Below are positions 42,081 through 56,279 of a stretch of 64,000 nucleotides of DNA, in pieces. A program made the translations under genes and the position numbers. Position 1 is the first letter of the stretch, and the number at the start of each line of letters is the position of its first letter. The DNA comes from Octopus vulgaris (taxonomy: Eukaryota), in NCBI GenBank assembly GCA_951406725.2, contig OX597825.1:18724001-18788000 (forward strand), in the 5' to 3' direction. The notes below the pieces were generated by a model. That model was given only the letters and a program-made list of their open reading frames with translations, was not told where the DNA came from and did not search any database.

Positions 42081-42425
42081 TATTCACAATGCCTTATGCA
42101 GGAATTCTGTGGAGGGAAACTGTGTACAAATTCGTACTAGCATTTGTGTGTGCGTGTGTGTGCGTGACTGTGTGTGAAGGAAGAAAGAAAGAAGGGGTAC
42201 CGAGAGATAATGATGCAAAGACACAAATACGAATTATGTTTATATATCAAGCTCGAGCGTGTTTATTTGTTTATTTCTATCACTATTTCCATATCAGCTC
42301 ACCAGGATTCTTCTTACAGCCACTCGGTAAAGATTTCGGGCTGTAAATTCAAATCATTTGGGAAATAGTACATGTTTTTTATACTGAGCATCTCTGGATC
42401 TCAACTATTCACTCTCTCTCTCTCT

Positions 42426-42491
<66 letters not shown>

Positions 42492-42509
42492 GTGTGTGTG
42501 TTAGTGTAT

Positions 42510-42715
42510 GTGTGCCTTGCTGTCTGTGTTCCTCCAGTTGACAACTGGTATTGGTTTGATTACACCCCCTTTAATTGGAAGTTCTACCAAAACAGAATAT
42601 ATACCAGACTTTAAAAAAATATTAAGTAATATGTTGATTTGTTCGAAAACAGCTCCTCAAGGCGATACCCCGGCATGGCCGCAGTCCAATGAATGAAACA
42701 AGCAAAACGATAAAA
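42510..42715 (+). mobile_element. SINE family A, 3' half, old
   Basis: GCATGGCCGCAGTCCAATGAATGAAACAAG tail. Confidence 0.7.
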
Positions 42716-43237
42716 AAAAATACAATGCAAAAATTATACTGTTTAGAAATACGTGTCCTCACATCATACAAGTGTTATTGAATGGAGAAATAAATATAAC
42801 GGCCATCCCTTTCAACAAATGAATGAATATAGAGTGTAAGCCGCTCAGTTTTCCATTGACGCTTGCGCCATTCACACAATATTCAGATGAAAGCAGCGTA
42901 TTTGAAAAGGATGGATACTTGATTTACTGATCCTCTGCATTCCATCGGCTTCTACAAATACTGTCAGTAGAAAGCAGTTCTAAGAACTGAGACACTCCAG
43001 GCTATGTCAAATATATTATCTAACCAATGGCTTTTCAAATATGGCCGTTGATATTTATAAGGTCAATTCTGTTTTTCGATTTTGCGAATTGAATTTTATA
43101 AAGTACAATATTTTGATGTACTATAAGAGAGTATGTTTCGTAAAGAGTATGATTTTTACACAAAACAACTACACTCGGACAAGGACACACAAACACTAAG
43201 CGACAGTAACACAAGTTCGAAGTAACACATCGAAATG

Positions 43238-43312
<75 letters not shown>
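43238..43312 (+). repeat. (TATC)n microsatellite on the 5' flank of the LINE
   Basis: Directly visible. Confidence 0.97.
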
Positions 43313-43846
43313 GGGCCAGGGCCCATGGACAACTTCCAGAGATCCCTGGCCTGGCAGTGCTACCGAGAAGCGCTACCCGTTCGGGATAAGCTCTACAGAC
43401 ACGGCTCGAGAAACACGGGGCCGACCTGCCCGAGATGCGGTCAGAGCGACGAAACCGTTCTGCACGCACTCGTTCAGTGTCCAACAATTTCCGACCTGTG
43501 GGCTTATGTCGAACAACTGCTGTCACGTGTGGGACGAGTCGGTTTATCAGCTGAGTCTATCGTCAATATTGTCACGCCTCCTTCCTTCAAACGGGAAGGA
43601 AGAGCTATTTTCATCATCCTTGTGGCTATGGCGAAAGAATGTATCTGGTGGACGCGTCTGAAAGGATTGGAGACAAACACTTTCCTCTCTGGTCAATCTC
43701 TCATCAACTTCTTCAAGTACCACTTGAAAAGGAAAGTGAGAGTAGAGAGGCAAGTTTTGTCTAGCGAATGTTTTAAAAAAAGATGGGTGAATGTAGCAAG
43801 AATGGCACGTATGAATGACGAAGCCACCTTGAGCATAGTCCTATGA
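43313..43846 (+). CDS. truncated retrotransposon ORF2 C-terminus (CCHC zinc finger, zf-RVT-like); no genuine start codon
   Basis: ORF 43235..43846, whose N-terminus is microsatellite; ~177 stop-free codons with CxxC-ET-H-C. Confidence 0.75.
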   Translation, partial: GPGPMDNFQRSLAWQCYREALPVRDKLYRHGSRNTGPTCPRCGQSDETVLHALVQCPTISDLWAYVEQLLSRVGRVGLSAESIVNIVTPPSFKREGRAIFIILVAMAKECIWWTRLKGLETNTFLSGQSLINFFKYHLKRKVRVERQVLSSECFKKRWVNVARMARMNDEATLSIVL

Positions 43847-44222
43847 ACCCAGAAATCGAAAACAGAGAGTTGCTTATTTGCAAAAAAAAAAAAAAAGAAA
43901 TATAAAATGTGACTTCATTGACCGAGGTTACCGTGGTCTTTTCCGTAGGCTTTTCTTTCCACGGGTAAACCTCACCTGTCCTCCCCTTTACACTTCATAT
44001 TGACATTTCTGTGATAACGATCCCTATTGATCAATTTTTTTTTCTCTCCCCCTTTTTTTTTAACCCCCTTTTTTTGTCCTCTTTCTCTCCTTTTACGATC
44101 CCTTTTGATCGAAACTCCCCCTTCCTTTTTTTTTTTTTTTTTTTTTTAAACCTTCAAAAGAAAAGCTCTACCTTGTAATTTGTTCTATCTGTGTGCAGCC
44201 CTGTGTGGCTAATAAAGAAACA
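43313..44222 (+). mobile_element. 5'-truncated Tx1/L1-clade non-LTR retrotransposon (ORF2 C-terminus plus 3' UTR)
   Basis: Uninterrupted frame with zf-RVT-type motif W..YREALPVRDKL...CPRCGQSDETVLHALVQC; higher GC than flanks; T-rich 3' UTR; AATAAA at 44211-44216; (TATC)n on both sides. Confidence 0.88.
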
Positions 44223-44690
<468 letters not shown>

Positions 44691-45144
44691 TACATATGTA
44701 TGTATATATATATATATATATATACATACATATATATGCATATATATGTGCGTGTGAATGCGTGTGTGCGCGTGTTTGAATACTTGTTTATGTAAATGTA
44801 TATATGTTCGTGTGTGTGTTTATTAATATATGTATAGCTACATATACGCATATTATACGTCCATAAATGCACTTACACATAGACATACTCACATATAATA
44901 TATACGTACGCATGCATTTGTTAAGTTTAATCAGTACATTTTGAAAGCATCAAGCGAAACACACTCCTAACAGATGTGAATTGAAACATTCTTCTATTTG
45001 TTGATGGAAAATATCAATTATGTAACATTAGTTCTTAATAATCAACATACGCACTCTATGCATTTCGAAAAAAACTCCAGCTAGCCGAGCATTATACATA
45101 TACGTATGTATGTCCATGTCTACACACACACACACACACACACA

Positions 45145-45214
<70 letters not shown>

Positions 45215-45326
45215 GGGTAAACGTTTTTTTAATTTTCTCCTGTTTACGGAATTGATGTTATTTTGCGGTTGAGGCTTTGGCTGTTATTTCTAGTGGGTGA
45301 ATGGCCTATTATGGCTGTTCCTTGAT

Positions 45327-45367
<41 letters not shown>

Positions 45368-45369
45368 TT

Positions 45370-45700
45370 TCATTTATTTGACGCGGCCCGGATGGGGCAC
45401 CGTCTAGAAGCCCTTTGATAGAACGTATCTTCCGCGGTACTTCATATTTTTTGGTAAAGCAAGGTACTAATTTTGTCGGCTCGCTAATTTACGGGGACAT
45501 TAACTGACCTACACTAATTGTCAACCAATGATGGGGAAAAAACACATACACATACATAGATATACATATTCGATGTACTTGTTTACGTTTTTATCCATCA
45601 AATCCACTCACAATGTTTTGGTCGGCCCCACGCCAAAATAGAAACGCCTAAGATGCCAGGCAGTCGTATTGAACCCAGAATCGTGCAGAATTCTTAACAC
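45370..45700 (-). mobile_element. SINE family A, highly diverged
   Basis: TTTACGGGGACAT, AAATCCACTCACAATG, TTTGGTCGGCCC. Confidence 0.65.
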
Positions 45701-45895
45701 AAGGGATGCGGGTAAAAGAACAATAAAGAAACTTCGAAGTGATGCAGCATAACATCCGAAACTTTTAAAATAACACTTCCTAATCAGAGAAAAATTTGTT
45801 ACGCAGAGCAGAGTTCGGTATATGATCGGTGCAACTAGTACGATAATAAAAGCGATAGCAGAAAGGCACACACATATACGAACACACACACACAA

Positions 45896-45928
<33 letters not shown>

Positions 45929-46450
45929 TATATAGGTGTGTGTATGTGTGTGTGTACGTGTGTGTGTTTGTGTGTGTGTATGTATATATATATATACGTA
46001 TATATAAATATACGTATATATATATATATATAAATATGTATATATATATATATATATATATAGTATTATATCCTCTATATTGTTCACAACGATGTTATAT
46101 ACACATAAACATAAAAAAATTACAACCGATGCAACATTTCTCCTAAATACATCTTTACAGCTGTTTTAAAATGGCGGCGTCTGCTTAATGCAATAATGTG
46201 TACTACACAGATGGGTGTGCATATTGATATCGATATACACATCAAAGAAGTATGAACGCATAAACATGAAATGTGTAATAACATTGTGAGACGTAAACTT
46301 TGAAACGTCGAGTCTGTTCTTTAGAAGTAAGGAATAACTCTTTATATCTATCTATTTATCTATCAATGAATCTATTTATGTATATATAGAGAGAGATACA
46401 TATACATATATATATATATATATGTACAGAGAGAGAAAGAGAGAGAAATG

Positions 46451-46493
<43 letters not shown>

Positions 46494-46509
46494 GGGGGTA
46501 TTCACAAAA

Positions 46510-46662
46510 TAGGTGCAGAAGTGGGTGTGAGGTAAGACGTTTGCTCCCCAACCACATGGTTCCGGGTTCTCTCCCACCTGCGTGGCACTGCTACTATAGC
46601 CTCAGGCCAACCAAAGGCTTGTGAGTGGATTCGGTATACGAAATCTGAAAGAAAACCGTCAT
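46510..46662 (+). mobile_element. SINE family A, 5' part
   Basis: AACCACATGGTTCCGGGTTC...CTTGTGAGTGGATT...CTGAAAGAAAACCGTC. Confidence 0.8.
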
Positions 46663-46756
46663 TGAAAACCAGCATTGAAACAGAGGTTTAATGGTTATAT
46701 ATATATATAGAGAGAGAGAGACAGAGAGAGAGAGAATATGGATGGACGTATGTATG

Positions 46757-46794
<38 letters not shown>

Positions 46795-47159
46795 TTTAAA
46801 ATAAAGATGAAAAATTGAATATCAATTTGATTAATATCAATTTAAAACCAGTGATCTAGCACATAGAAAAATCTGAAGATCCATAAAAATTATATTACAT
46901 ATATATAAGAGGGAATAACCATTAAGTGGACATCCATTATGCTAGAAGTCGACCCCTCTGGTCTTTCCACTAAGAAAGGAATGTTCTCAAGAAAATATAG
47001 CAAACGCCAGAATGTAAGCCAGCAAGACAAATGAAAAGATACAAAATATACAGAACTATACACAAGACGTCCGCATGAGATTGAACATGCATATAGTTCT
47101 ACCAATTACATTTGGGGTTATATTTCAAAAGTCTTCGTCTTCGCGCACCAAAATATCTA

Positions 47160-47390
47160 TGTTCTCTAACCGGCAAAATTCACTGTAGAGAATTATGTCC
47201 GGGGCTGAAGTCTGCTCCGGCATCTCATAAGTTATTAAGACAAATGCCGGAGCATACTTCAGCCCCGGTATTCAAAACTCTGAGTTTTATTAAGACAACC
47301 AACTAATTGTCACATATCATATTTATATATAAATTCCTCTATTTCACATAATATCGAGGTCTCATTCATTCTTTTGTTGTCCTCTTATTA
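47160..47390 (+). mobile_element. second member of the hammerhead-like repeat family, with a 70-nt GC-rich hairpin
   Basis: CTGTAGA-GAAT...[25-bp stem 47199-47268]...ATTC-AAAA-CTCTGAG-TT; tail ATAAATTCCTCTATTT(C)ACATAATATCGAGGT shared with 16277-16375. Confidence 0.6.
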
Positions 47391-47853
47391 TTATTTTCCT
47401 TGTCCTGTCTTTTACTGTTTATATTTTGTACTGTCGTTACTGCCCTGTTTATGTTGCCATTTTTACCCCTCCGCAAAAGAATCTCGATCTTTATTTAATT
47501 TGCTTTTCGCGGGAAGAACTGTTTCAGACGAAGTCGCGTCCCGCCTTCACCTTGGAAAACGCGGAGTAGATGAAACCATGCCGACTGATGAAGAGGAATT
47601 TTCCTTCTGCTATTTGTCCTGTACTCTATTTTTTCGTTATTTAAGAAAAAATGTTCAGTTCCTTGGTTTTGTGTTTATGTTTTCGTTTCTCATTGGTTCG
47701 ACATTTTTTTTGGTGTCCTGTACCCATATATGCATGTATATATACATGTAGATGTATGTACGTACATATATGTATGTATATATGCATATGTTTTATTTAT
47801 TAATTTGTTATTACCTGACAGAACGCACGCATCCATTTCTAAGTAAGTTTGTT

Positions 47854-47892
<39 letters not shown>

Positions 47893-48373
47893 CGCGTTGG
47901 ATGAAATGCATCGTATTATTATCGAACTTAAGCCTACTTTATTTAGAATCTAAACATTCTATACTACGGTTAGTATAAAGGAGCCCGAGGTGTCATATAT
48001 GGAAAAGGCTTGACAAACCATGAACGCTGTGTGAGTAATCTCCCTCATCTGCTTTTGAATATCAAAACCGTATAAAGGATATATTTACACTCTAACATTT
48101 CTCACAAACTCACGCTTTGTACTCTGTACTCTTTGTATATCTTCAGCCTTTCTGCTTTACGCAGTTTTGTCATTATAATGTATATCGTGTAATTAATGAT
48201 GTATTACCCTAAACGAAGATATTCTAATTAAATCGACTTTGGATGAATTATATTATAATGTAATGTTTTTATTTTTTCTCTTTTTTTGTAGTTTTCTTTT
48301 TCTCTCTCCCTCTCTCTCTCTCTTAATTGACGGATACACATTTTAGGCACGTTTCTAACTATGTGTCTCAGTG

Positions 48374-48418
<45 letters not shown>

Positions 48419-49156
48419 TTGTACGTCTTTTTGCATGAATGTGTGTGTGTGCGCATGCGCACCTTTGTTTACATATGTAGGGAAACCAGAATTCTAAATT
48501 TCGTTCCGAATTTTGAGACAAGAGATATGTTTACAGTTTGACTGAGAAAACTTCTCATATCGACAAATGCAAGCAGCACGCATGCAAACGCAAGTGCATA
48601 AATGGAACAAAAACCTTCCATTCCATACTTCTCTCTGCGAAACACACATACAAGCACACGCATAGACACACAGAATCACATACACAAACACAAAACGTCA
48701 CTAATATACAGAGACGTAGGAGAGACGGGAAGAAAGGGAATATTATTGGCATAGTTTGAAATAACGGAGGATCCAAATGTTATTGATATTCTCTTTCCAT
48801 TTCTAACAAAGCAGACATCTTTCAATATCTTATGAATGCGTTGTTCCAAATATATGAGAGAACACTTAGACTTGCAATCATAGATAGACACCAACGCACC
48901 CACGTGCCCGTGTGCATATAGTCTCACACTCATGTATAATACATGCGTGTATAGAAATGTGTACGTATACATACATACATACACGTAACTATGTTTCTGA
49001 GTAATAAGTACATTTACATACAATGTAGACAAACACACACATATACATATATGTATATAGATAGATAAATATACATATATTTACATAAATTTATTTACAT
49101 ATAACGTATTATGTATATGTACGTGTATATGTATATGTGTATATGTATAATGTATA

Positions 49157-49194
<38 letters not shown>

Positions 49195-50264
49195 CATATA
49201 TATATATATACGCACACACACGCATATATATGTATACATACGTACATACACACACATATACATACACACAAATACATACATACATACACATACACACACA
49301 CACACACACATATATATATATGTGTGTCCGTATGTATATATATGCCGGTTTTTTGTATTGCTGCATGCCCACTCTCTTTCTGCGTATATTTCAACCTTCA
49401 TGCTTCACTCACTCTCTCTCTCTCTCGCTCTCTCTCTCTGTCTTCCCTCGCTCTCTCTCCATACACTTACATGCACACATACACATATATATATATACAC
49501 ACACAAACGCACACAAAATATATATTTGCAAACACACATATATTAGTGTGTGCATGTATGTATATACTCTTCTGTGTCCGTGCCATTATGCATGTACATA
49601 GTAGAAGTATTTAAGAATGAGTACAAAGATATGTACGTCGTACATATAAGTGTACGAACGTTAGTACACCGTATATATTTTCTCTTGTATGGCTTTCTGC
49701 CGCGTTTGATGTTTTGCCATTACATAAACATTACTTTTCTGAATAATTAACGATTTCAACTTTTAAGGTTCCTTTCATGTGCTTAAACAGGAAGAAACAA
49801 AGCAGATAAAATCGATATTTAGCAATATATCTGGAATATCCGTTGTATGTTTTGCCATGGCAATGTCATTGTTCGTATTTCTTTCGTAAACTTAACTTTC
49901 AAAATTATTGATAAATGTATAAGATTGTACGAAAGAACTCATGTATGTTTTATAGTTATTTTGAACATATTGTTAATCATATATATTTATATGATTTTTA
50001 GCTATTGTTGAGTTCATGTTGCAATGTAACTTTTTTCCATGTTTAAGGCCTCCATATGCGCGGTTTCTGTGTTAGTATATCTATGAAAAACCGTACAAAG
50101 AAACATGAATCTTTCTGCTTGTACGTGTCAGACGCGGAAATAAATGTATAATGTTTGCGAAGGGGTTGCCTACAATCAATCCACTATGCCTGTGATACAC
50201 ACACATATTTGTGCGTGTATCTATGTGTGTATTCATATATACATATATATATATATATACTTAC

Positions 50265-50296
<32 letters not shown>

Positions 50297-50648
50297 TATT
50301 ATATATGTATACATATATATATATATTATATATATGCATACATACATGCATATAAACATATAAACATATAAACACACGTAAACGCTCGTCATAATATTGT
50401 AATACCGAGAAATGCAATATTCAGAAGTCGCTTACTTGAAACTACGATTAACAGTTTCTGAAATTTTTGCAGCTCAATGAAATACGGAAGTAACAATTTT
50501 CCCGCCTTTTCAGCTCGTGAGGTCACGTCTGTTCCAATACACCCATGATTCTATCTGATGTTTTTACTCACACAAATATATCATATGTATATAGAGATCA
50601 AGAATCAATGTAAGCACAAACAAACACACACACATATGAATATATAAG

Positions 50649-51105
50649 TTTGGTAGACGGAAACTGAAAGAAGCCTGTCGTATATATGTATATATATGTA
50701 TGTGTGTTTGTGTGGCTGTGTGGTAAGTAGTTTGCTAACCAACCACATGGTTCCGGGTTCAGTCCCACTGCGTGGCATCTTGGGCAAGTGTCTTCTGCTA
50801 TAGCCCCGGGCCGACCAATGCCTTGTGAGCGGATTTGGTAGACGGAAACTGAAAGAAGCCTGTCGTATATATGTATATTTATGTATGTGTGTTTGTGTGT
50901 CTGTGTTTGTCCCCCTAGCATTGCTTGACAACCGATGCTGGTGTGTTTACGTCCCCGTCACTTAGCGGTTCGGCAAAAGAGACCGATAGAATAAGTAATG
51001 GGCTTACAAAGAATAAGTCCCGGGGTCGATTTGCTCGACTAAAGTCGGTGCTCCAGCATGGCCGTAGTCAAATGACTGAAACAAGTAAAAGAGAGTAAAA
51101 GAGAG
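50649..51105 (+). mobile_element. SINE family A, young, with an upstream duplicated internal segment
   Basis: TTTGGTAGACGGAAACTGAAAGAAGCCTGTCGTATATATG occurs at 50649 and 50834; tail CAAGTAAAAGAGAGTAAAAGAG. Confidence 0.92.
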
Positions 51106-51705
51106 ATATATATAGTAGGTATTTCTACTGTAGCACTGAATCCGAGCTTTGGGCTATCTACATTGTAATATTTCAGACTCACGAAAGTAAAGCGGTTTTG
51201 ATGCTTTGCTGAAGAGTAATATATAATTCAAATAAGAAGAAAAAGAAAGACTTTAACACGTCTTTCATGGTCACTTATAAATGCTTCTGCTTTCAACAAA
51301 GGTTCACTCAAAATTTCCAAGGTAAAGTTCATGTCGTATTTGCGGCTTTAAACGTTCGAGTGGCACTTCGTCAGACCAGCATCAAATTTACGCTCTTACA
51401 CTAGAGTTGGTTAAGGATGTGTTAAAGTCCGTCTTTGTCTTCTTATTCAGATTGTATGAATGTGTGTGTGTGTGTGACAACAGATTTCTTTACTTTAGAA
51501 AAATAAATGAATATGGAACCAAATACTAATAACATTAAAACAAAAAACAAAACACAAAACGCACGTAGACGGGCACATATACATATATGTGTGTGTATAC
51601 ATATGTATACCTACACACATATATATATATATATATGACGTAATTATACTCAATAATAATAGCTGTTTCGGTACATTTATCTATATATATCATAATACAT
51701 AACAC

Positions 51706-51740
<35 letters not shown>

Positions 51741-51902
51741 AACACACACACACATACAAACATAATATGTGTGTGCGTGTGTATTCGGTATAGCATGTGT
51801 ACTTACATGTGTTTTGGAGTTTAAATGGATAAATCACAAAAAGACTGATCTGAATACACAATCATTTAATATTTCCTCTCTGTCTTTGTCTGTCTCTGTC
51901 TG

Positions 51903-51996
<94 letters not shown>

Positions 51997-52026
51997 CATA
52001 CATACATATATACATACATACATACA

Positions 52027-52057
<31 letters not shown>

Positions 52058-52514
52058 GTATATATGTGCGTGTGTGTGTGTGTGTATAAACTCATAATTC
52101 CGTACATACACATATACATAATACAAACACGCATACATGGATGCATATATATATACATACTTAAGTACGTTCGTTCGTACATACATACATTTCCGTGCCT
52201 ATAAAAATGATAATGGATTCTTCATCTCTTTCCATCATAAATTTTCCATGATGAGTTGTTTGATTAAATGAACTTCGGATTCATTGAATTTTTATCAAGA
52301 CGCAATGGTGCGGAGTATTCCGTACACATCGGGAACATGAAAGAAACAATGCATTGTATGTGTCTGTGTGCGTAAGTATGCATATATGTGTGTGTGTGTA
52401 CGTGTATGTGTGTCTATGTATATACGCATGCATATATGTATTTCTGTGTACACAAACAGACACTCGTATACACACACATGTATGTGTATGTCTGTATACA
52501 TATGTACATATATA

Positions 52515-52600
<86 letters not shown>

Positions 52601-52654
52601 TGTATGTGTGTGTGTATGTGTGTATTTATGTATGTGTACACATACACATACACG

Positions 52655-52770
52655 TACGGCTGAATTGCAGTGTTGCTGGGGCAGTGCCTCGACAGATATA
52701 TTCTGTGTAATCAACTACATTACTTACTTTAAGCCTAGTAATCATTCTATCATTTTCTCCTGCGGAACCG

Positions 52771-52816
<46 letters not shown>

Positions 52817-53325
52817 TTTGTGTTGTGACCCCTTTCGGTCATGAATGACCATGGGATTGCACCGAGAAAATTACCCACCGAGGCAGAAGTCCTGGCAAGG
52901 TTGTTTATGGAAGACCAGCAGTCTCCAATGCATACAAGCCTCCACTCTCTGCGCCACCGATGTTATTCAAGGGAAAGGAAAAAACCGATACAGCTTGGCA
53001 CCAGTGACGTCGCAGTTCATTTATTAACGTGCAAGTGACTGAGCACTCCACATACACGTGTACCCATAACATAATTCTCGGGGAGTTTCAGCGTGATACA
53101 GAGTTCGACAAGGCTGGCCCTTTGAAATACAGGTTCAACAAAACAAGAAGAAAAATTGAGAGAAAGTTGTGGTGAAAGAGTACAGCAGATTTACCACTAC
53201 CTCCTGACGGAGCCTCGTGGAGCTTTAGATGTTTTTGCTCAATAAACGCTCACAATCCGGTCTGGGAATCGAAAGCGCGATCCTACGACCGCAAATCTGC
53301 TGCCTTAACCACTGGGCCATTGCAC

Positions 53326-53368
<43 letters not shown>

Positions 53369-53388
53369 TACATACATACATACATACA

Positions 53389-53422
<34 letters not shown>

Positions 53423-53592
53423 CATACATACATACGACGGGGCTCTTTCAGTTTCCGTCTGCTAAATCCACTCACAAGCCTTTGATCCGTCCGTTGTCTC
53501 TACTAGAAGAGTATCACCCAATGTGCCTCGCAGAGGGACTGAACGCAGAACCATGTGATTTGGAAGCGAACTTCTTACCACAAATCCACGCC
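52655..53592 (-). mobile_element. nested SINE stack: family A split by a family C tail (52827-53022) and a family D-head/tail-X element (53023-53328)
   Basis: A 3' part at 52655-52772 and A 5' part at 53433-53592 flank the inserts and the expanded microsatellites. Confidence 0.75.
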
Positions 53593-54728
53593 TACTCTAT
53601 ATTATCAATAACATTTGATTTCGTGTTCGTATTTGCGTATAAATACATATACATTTCATTAAACTCATGAATTACTAAATCACATCTCTTCTCAAACCTG
53701 AACCTCACATCAGTGTACATATTTCTATGGCTACTCACTCTTTTACTCAATGTCCAGAAATTTAAAAGCATACAGACTGTTTTAATTACAGTCATGTAGA
53801 ACATGAAAATATTTAAGGAAATCAATCGAAGCCTTTTGTTTACTCAAACGCTGTACATGTTTTCCAACATAATTAACATAATCTATATTGTGTAGCAAGC
53901 GGTGCTGTAGTATTCTAAACTACAGACTTTCCTTTGAATATTATTTATTTTTATATGACAAAATATTGATAATTTCTGACACAATTTCCCTTTCAGTTGA
54001 ACGAGATAGACGCCTTTTAGTTTTATCGTAAAAGAGTGGATGATTAGAAATAAAACGCATACAATAATGTTTTTAATAGAATATCGATATAAGCTTCGAT
54101 TAATAATATTTTAAGGAACTGTGTTAAAATATAGTTTAATTTCAAAATCGTGTATTCAAATACTTATCCATTATTAACAAAGTGGGTAAATTTTTATCAG
54201 GGCTCACACATGTGCGGTACACAAACTGCATGGAGGTGCATACATATACAAACACAAGCTCAGACACACACACACATACATAGAAAATACACAAACACGG
54301 ACATGCAAGCACATGAATATGCAGGATACATACATACAGATGCACACACACACACACACACATATACCCACATACACATACATACATACACACATGCATA
54401 CATAGGCACACACACACACTGACCCACACATACATACACACATGCATACGTACATGCATGCATTCATAGGCACACACACACTGACCCACACACATGCGCA
54501 CAAACAAACAAAGAGGAACGCAGTGTAAATAACGGACAGAGTCAAAACTATTGGAAAGGTTGCAAGACGCAATGACAATTTTAGGAAAATAAGAAATAAG
54601 TGGAAATTTTACCGGCGCGTGTGTTAAACTATGGGTACAAAAAAAAATGTCTCTCCCCAGACACAACCGAATATGCTTCAACACACGAACTCATATAAAG
54701 AATCTAGCAAACGAAATCCAAACACGAA

Positions 54729-54783
<55 letters not shown>

Positions 54784-55010
54784 ATAACAAACCATGACCG
54801 TGAAGTGACTTTTTATATAAGGGAATGTTATTACGTATGTATATCAGAAAATATTTAAGTCGAAACAATTTGTTGATATTTTATGGGGTTTTAATAATTG
54901 TTCATGTTATATAATATTATTTTATGTTATATTATATTCATAGTATATCATGTAATATTATGAATAAATTATTGGTTTGCCAATATCATCTCTGTATAAA
55001 TTTATCTTTA

Positions 55011-55052
<42 letters not shown>

Positions 55053-55146
55053 ATCCAAACAAGAAAACAAAAAAGACAAACAACGCGAGGAGGTGGAACA
55101 ATTAGAGTACACATACATACATATATACATGCAAATACAACACACA

Positions 55147-55190
<44 letters not shown>

Positions 55191-55774
55191 TGTCTTTGTG
55201 TGCGTGTGTTACTGTCTCTGCCTACTTCCCAACAGCGGGTCTTATTACGTCCCAGTAAATTAGCGTTTCAGCAACGGAGAAGGCCATATTCATTACGAAA
55301 TTTCGAAATAAAAGTCATCAATGACCATTTCGAGCGAAAATAGAGACCAAAGGCCAAGTACTGCTATTTCACTTTAATGTTTCAATGGTAAATGCAAATG
55401 ATGGAAATGATAAAATCAAAAGTGCCATTTCTCTAATGCTGCCAGGAGATTGCTCTTGGTATAGTGTAAAATCAGTAGGGTACCAAATCAGACAGGTTGG
55501 TCGTAGACGTAATCTGTCCCTATCCTCAAAATAGCGGTTCGTAATCATTGATAGGTGCTTTTATTTTTGCGTGTCTCAACTGATGGTGAGTATATTGTGT
55601 TGTTTTATTACTTTCTGCCATTTTTTTCCCTTTATTGGGAATGCATGTGCCAATGTATTGCATATTCTTTATTGTATAAAATTTTGTATTTAACTTGATG
55701 AGTAAAATATACTAATACTACTGCTAATATTATTAGTGAGGACGCCTGAAATACTTCAAAGTAATGTCTGGCCT

Positions 55775-56085
55775 GTGGAGGCACATGGCCTAGTGGTTAG
55801 AGAAGCGGACTCGCGATCGAAGGATCATGGGTTCGAATCTCAGACCGGGCGATGTGTGTGTGTTTATGAGCGAAACATCTAAGCTCCACGCGGCCCCGGC
55901 AGAAGGTAATGGCGAACTTGTGCTGACTCTTTCGACACAACTTTCTCTCACTCTTTCCTCCTGCATCTTGCAGCTCACCTGCGACCGGACCGGCGTCCCG
56001 TCCAGCTGGGGAACCTATATGCCAAGGGAACCGGAAAACCGGCTCTATGAGCCAGGCATGGCTCGAGAAGGAACAAACAAAACAA
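55775..56085 (+). mobile_element. SINE family D, full length
   Basis: A-box TGGCCTAGTGG, B-box GGTTCGAATCT, tail hairpin GAGCCA-GGCA-TGGCTC, (ACAA)n end; approximate 12-bp TSD AAT(G/A)TCTGGCCT. Confidence 0.85.
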
Positions 56086-56279
56086 TATCTGGCCTATTTG
56101 CATCTATCTTTCTATCAGTCTGAACAGAAATGTTCCACAGCAGTGAGATATGATCGTTTTCAAGCACTTGTGTTTGTGTTACCATCGATTATTTCCATAG
56201 GGCAAGTACCAATCGTGGTTGTGGTGGTGGTAGTGGTGGTGGTGGTGGTGGTGGTGGTGGTGGTGGTGGTGGTGGATGG

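Noticed and set aside
55785-55850. tRNA-like sequences with A and B boxes (also at 59600 and 29020-29090)
   Set aside because: They are SINE heads continuing into SINE bodies, with no complete cloverleaf or acceptor stem
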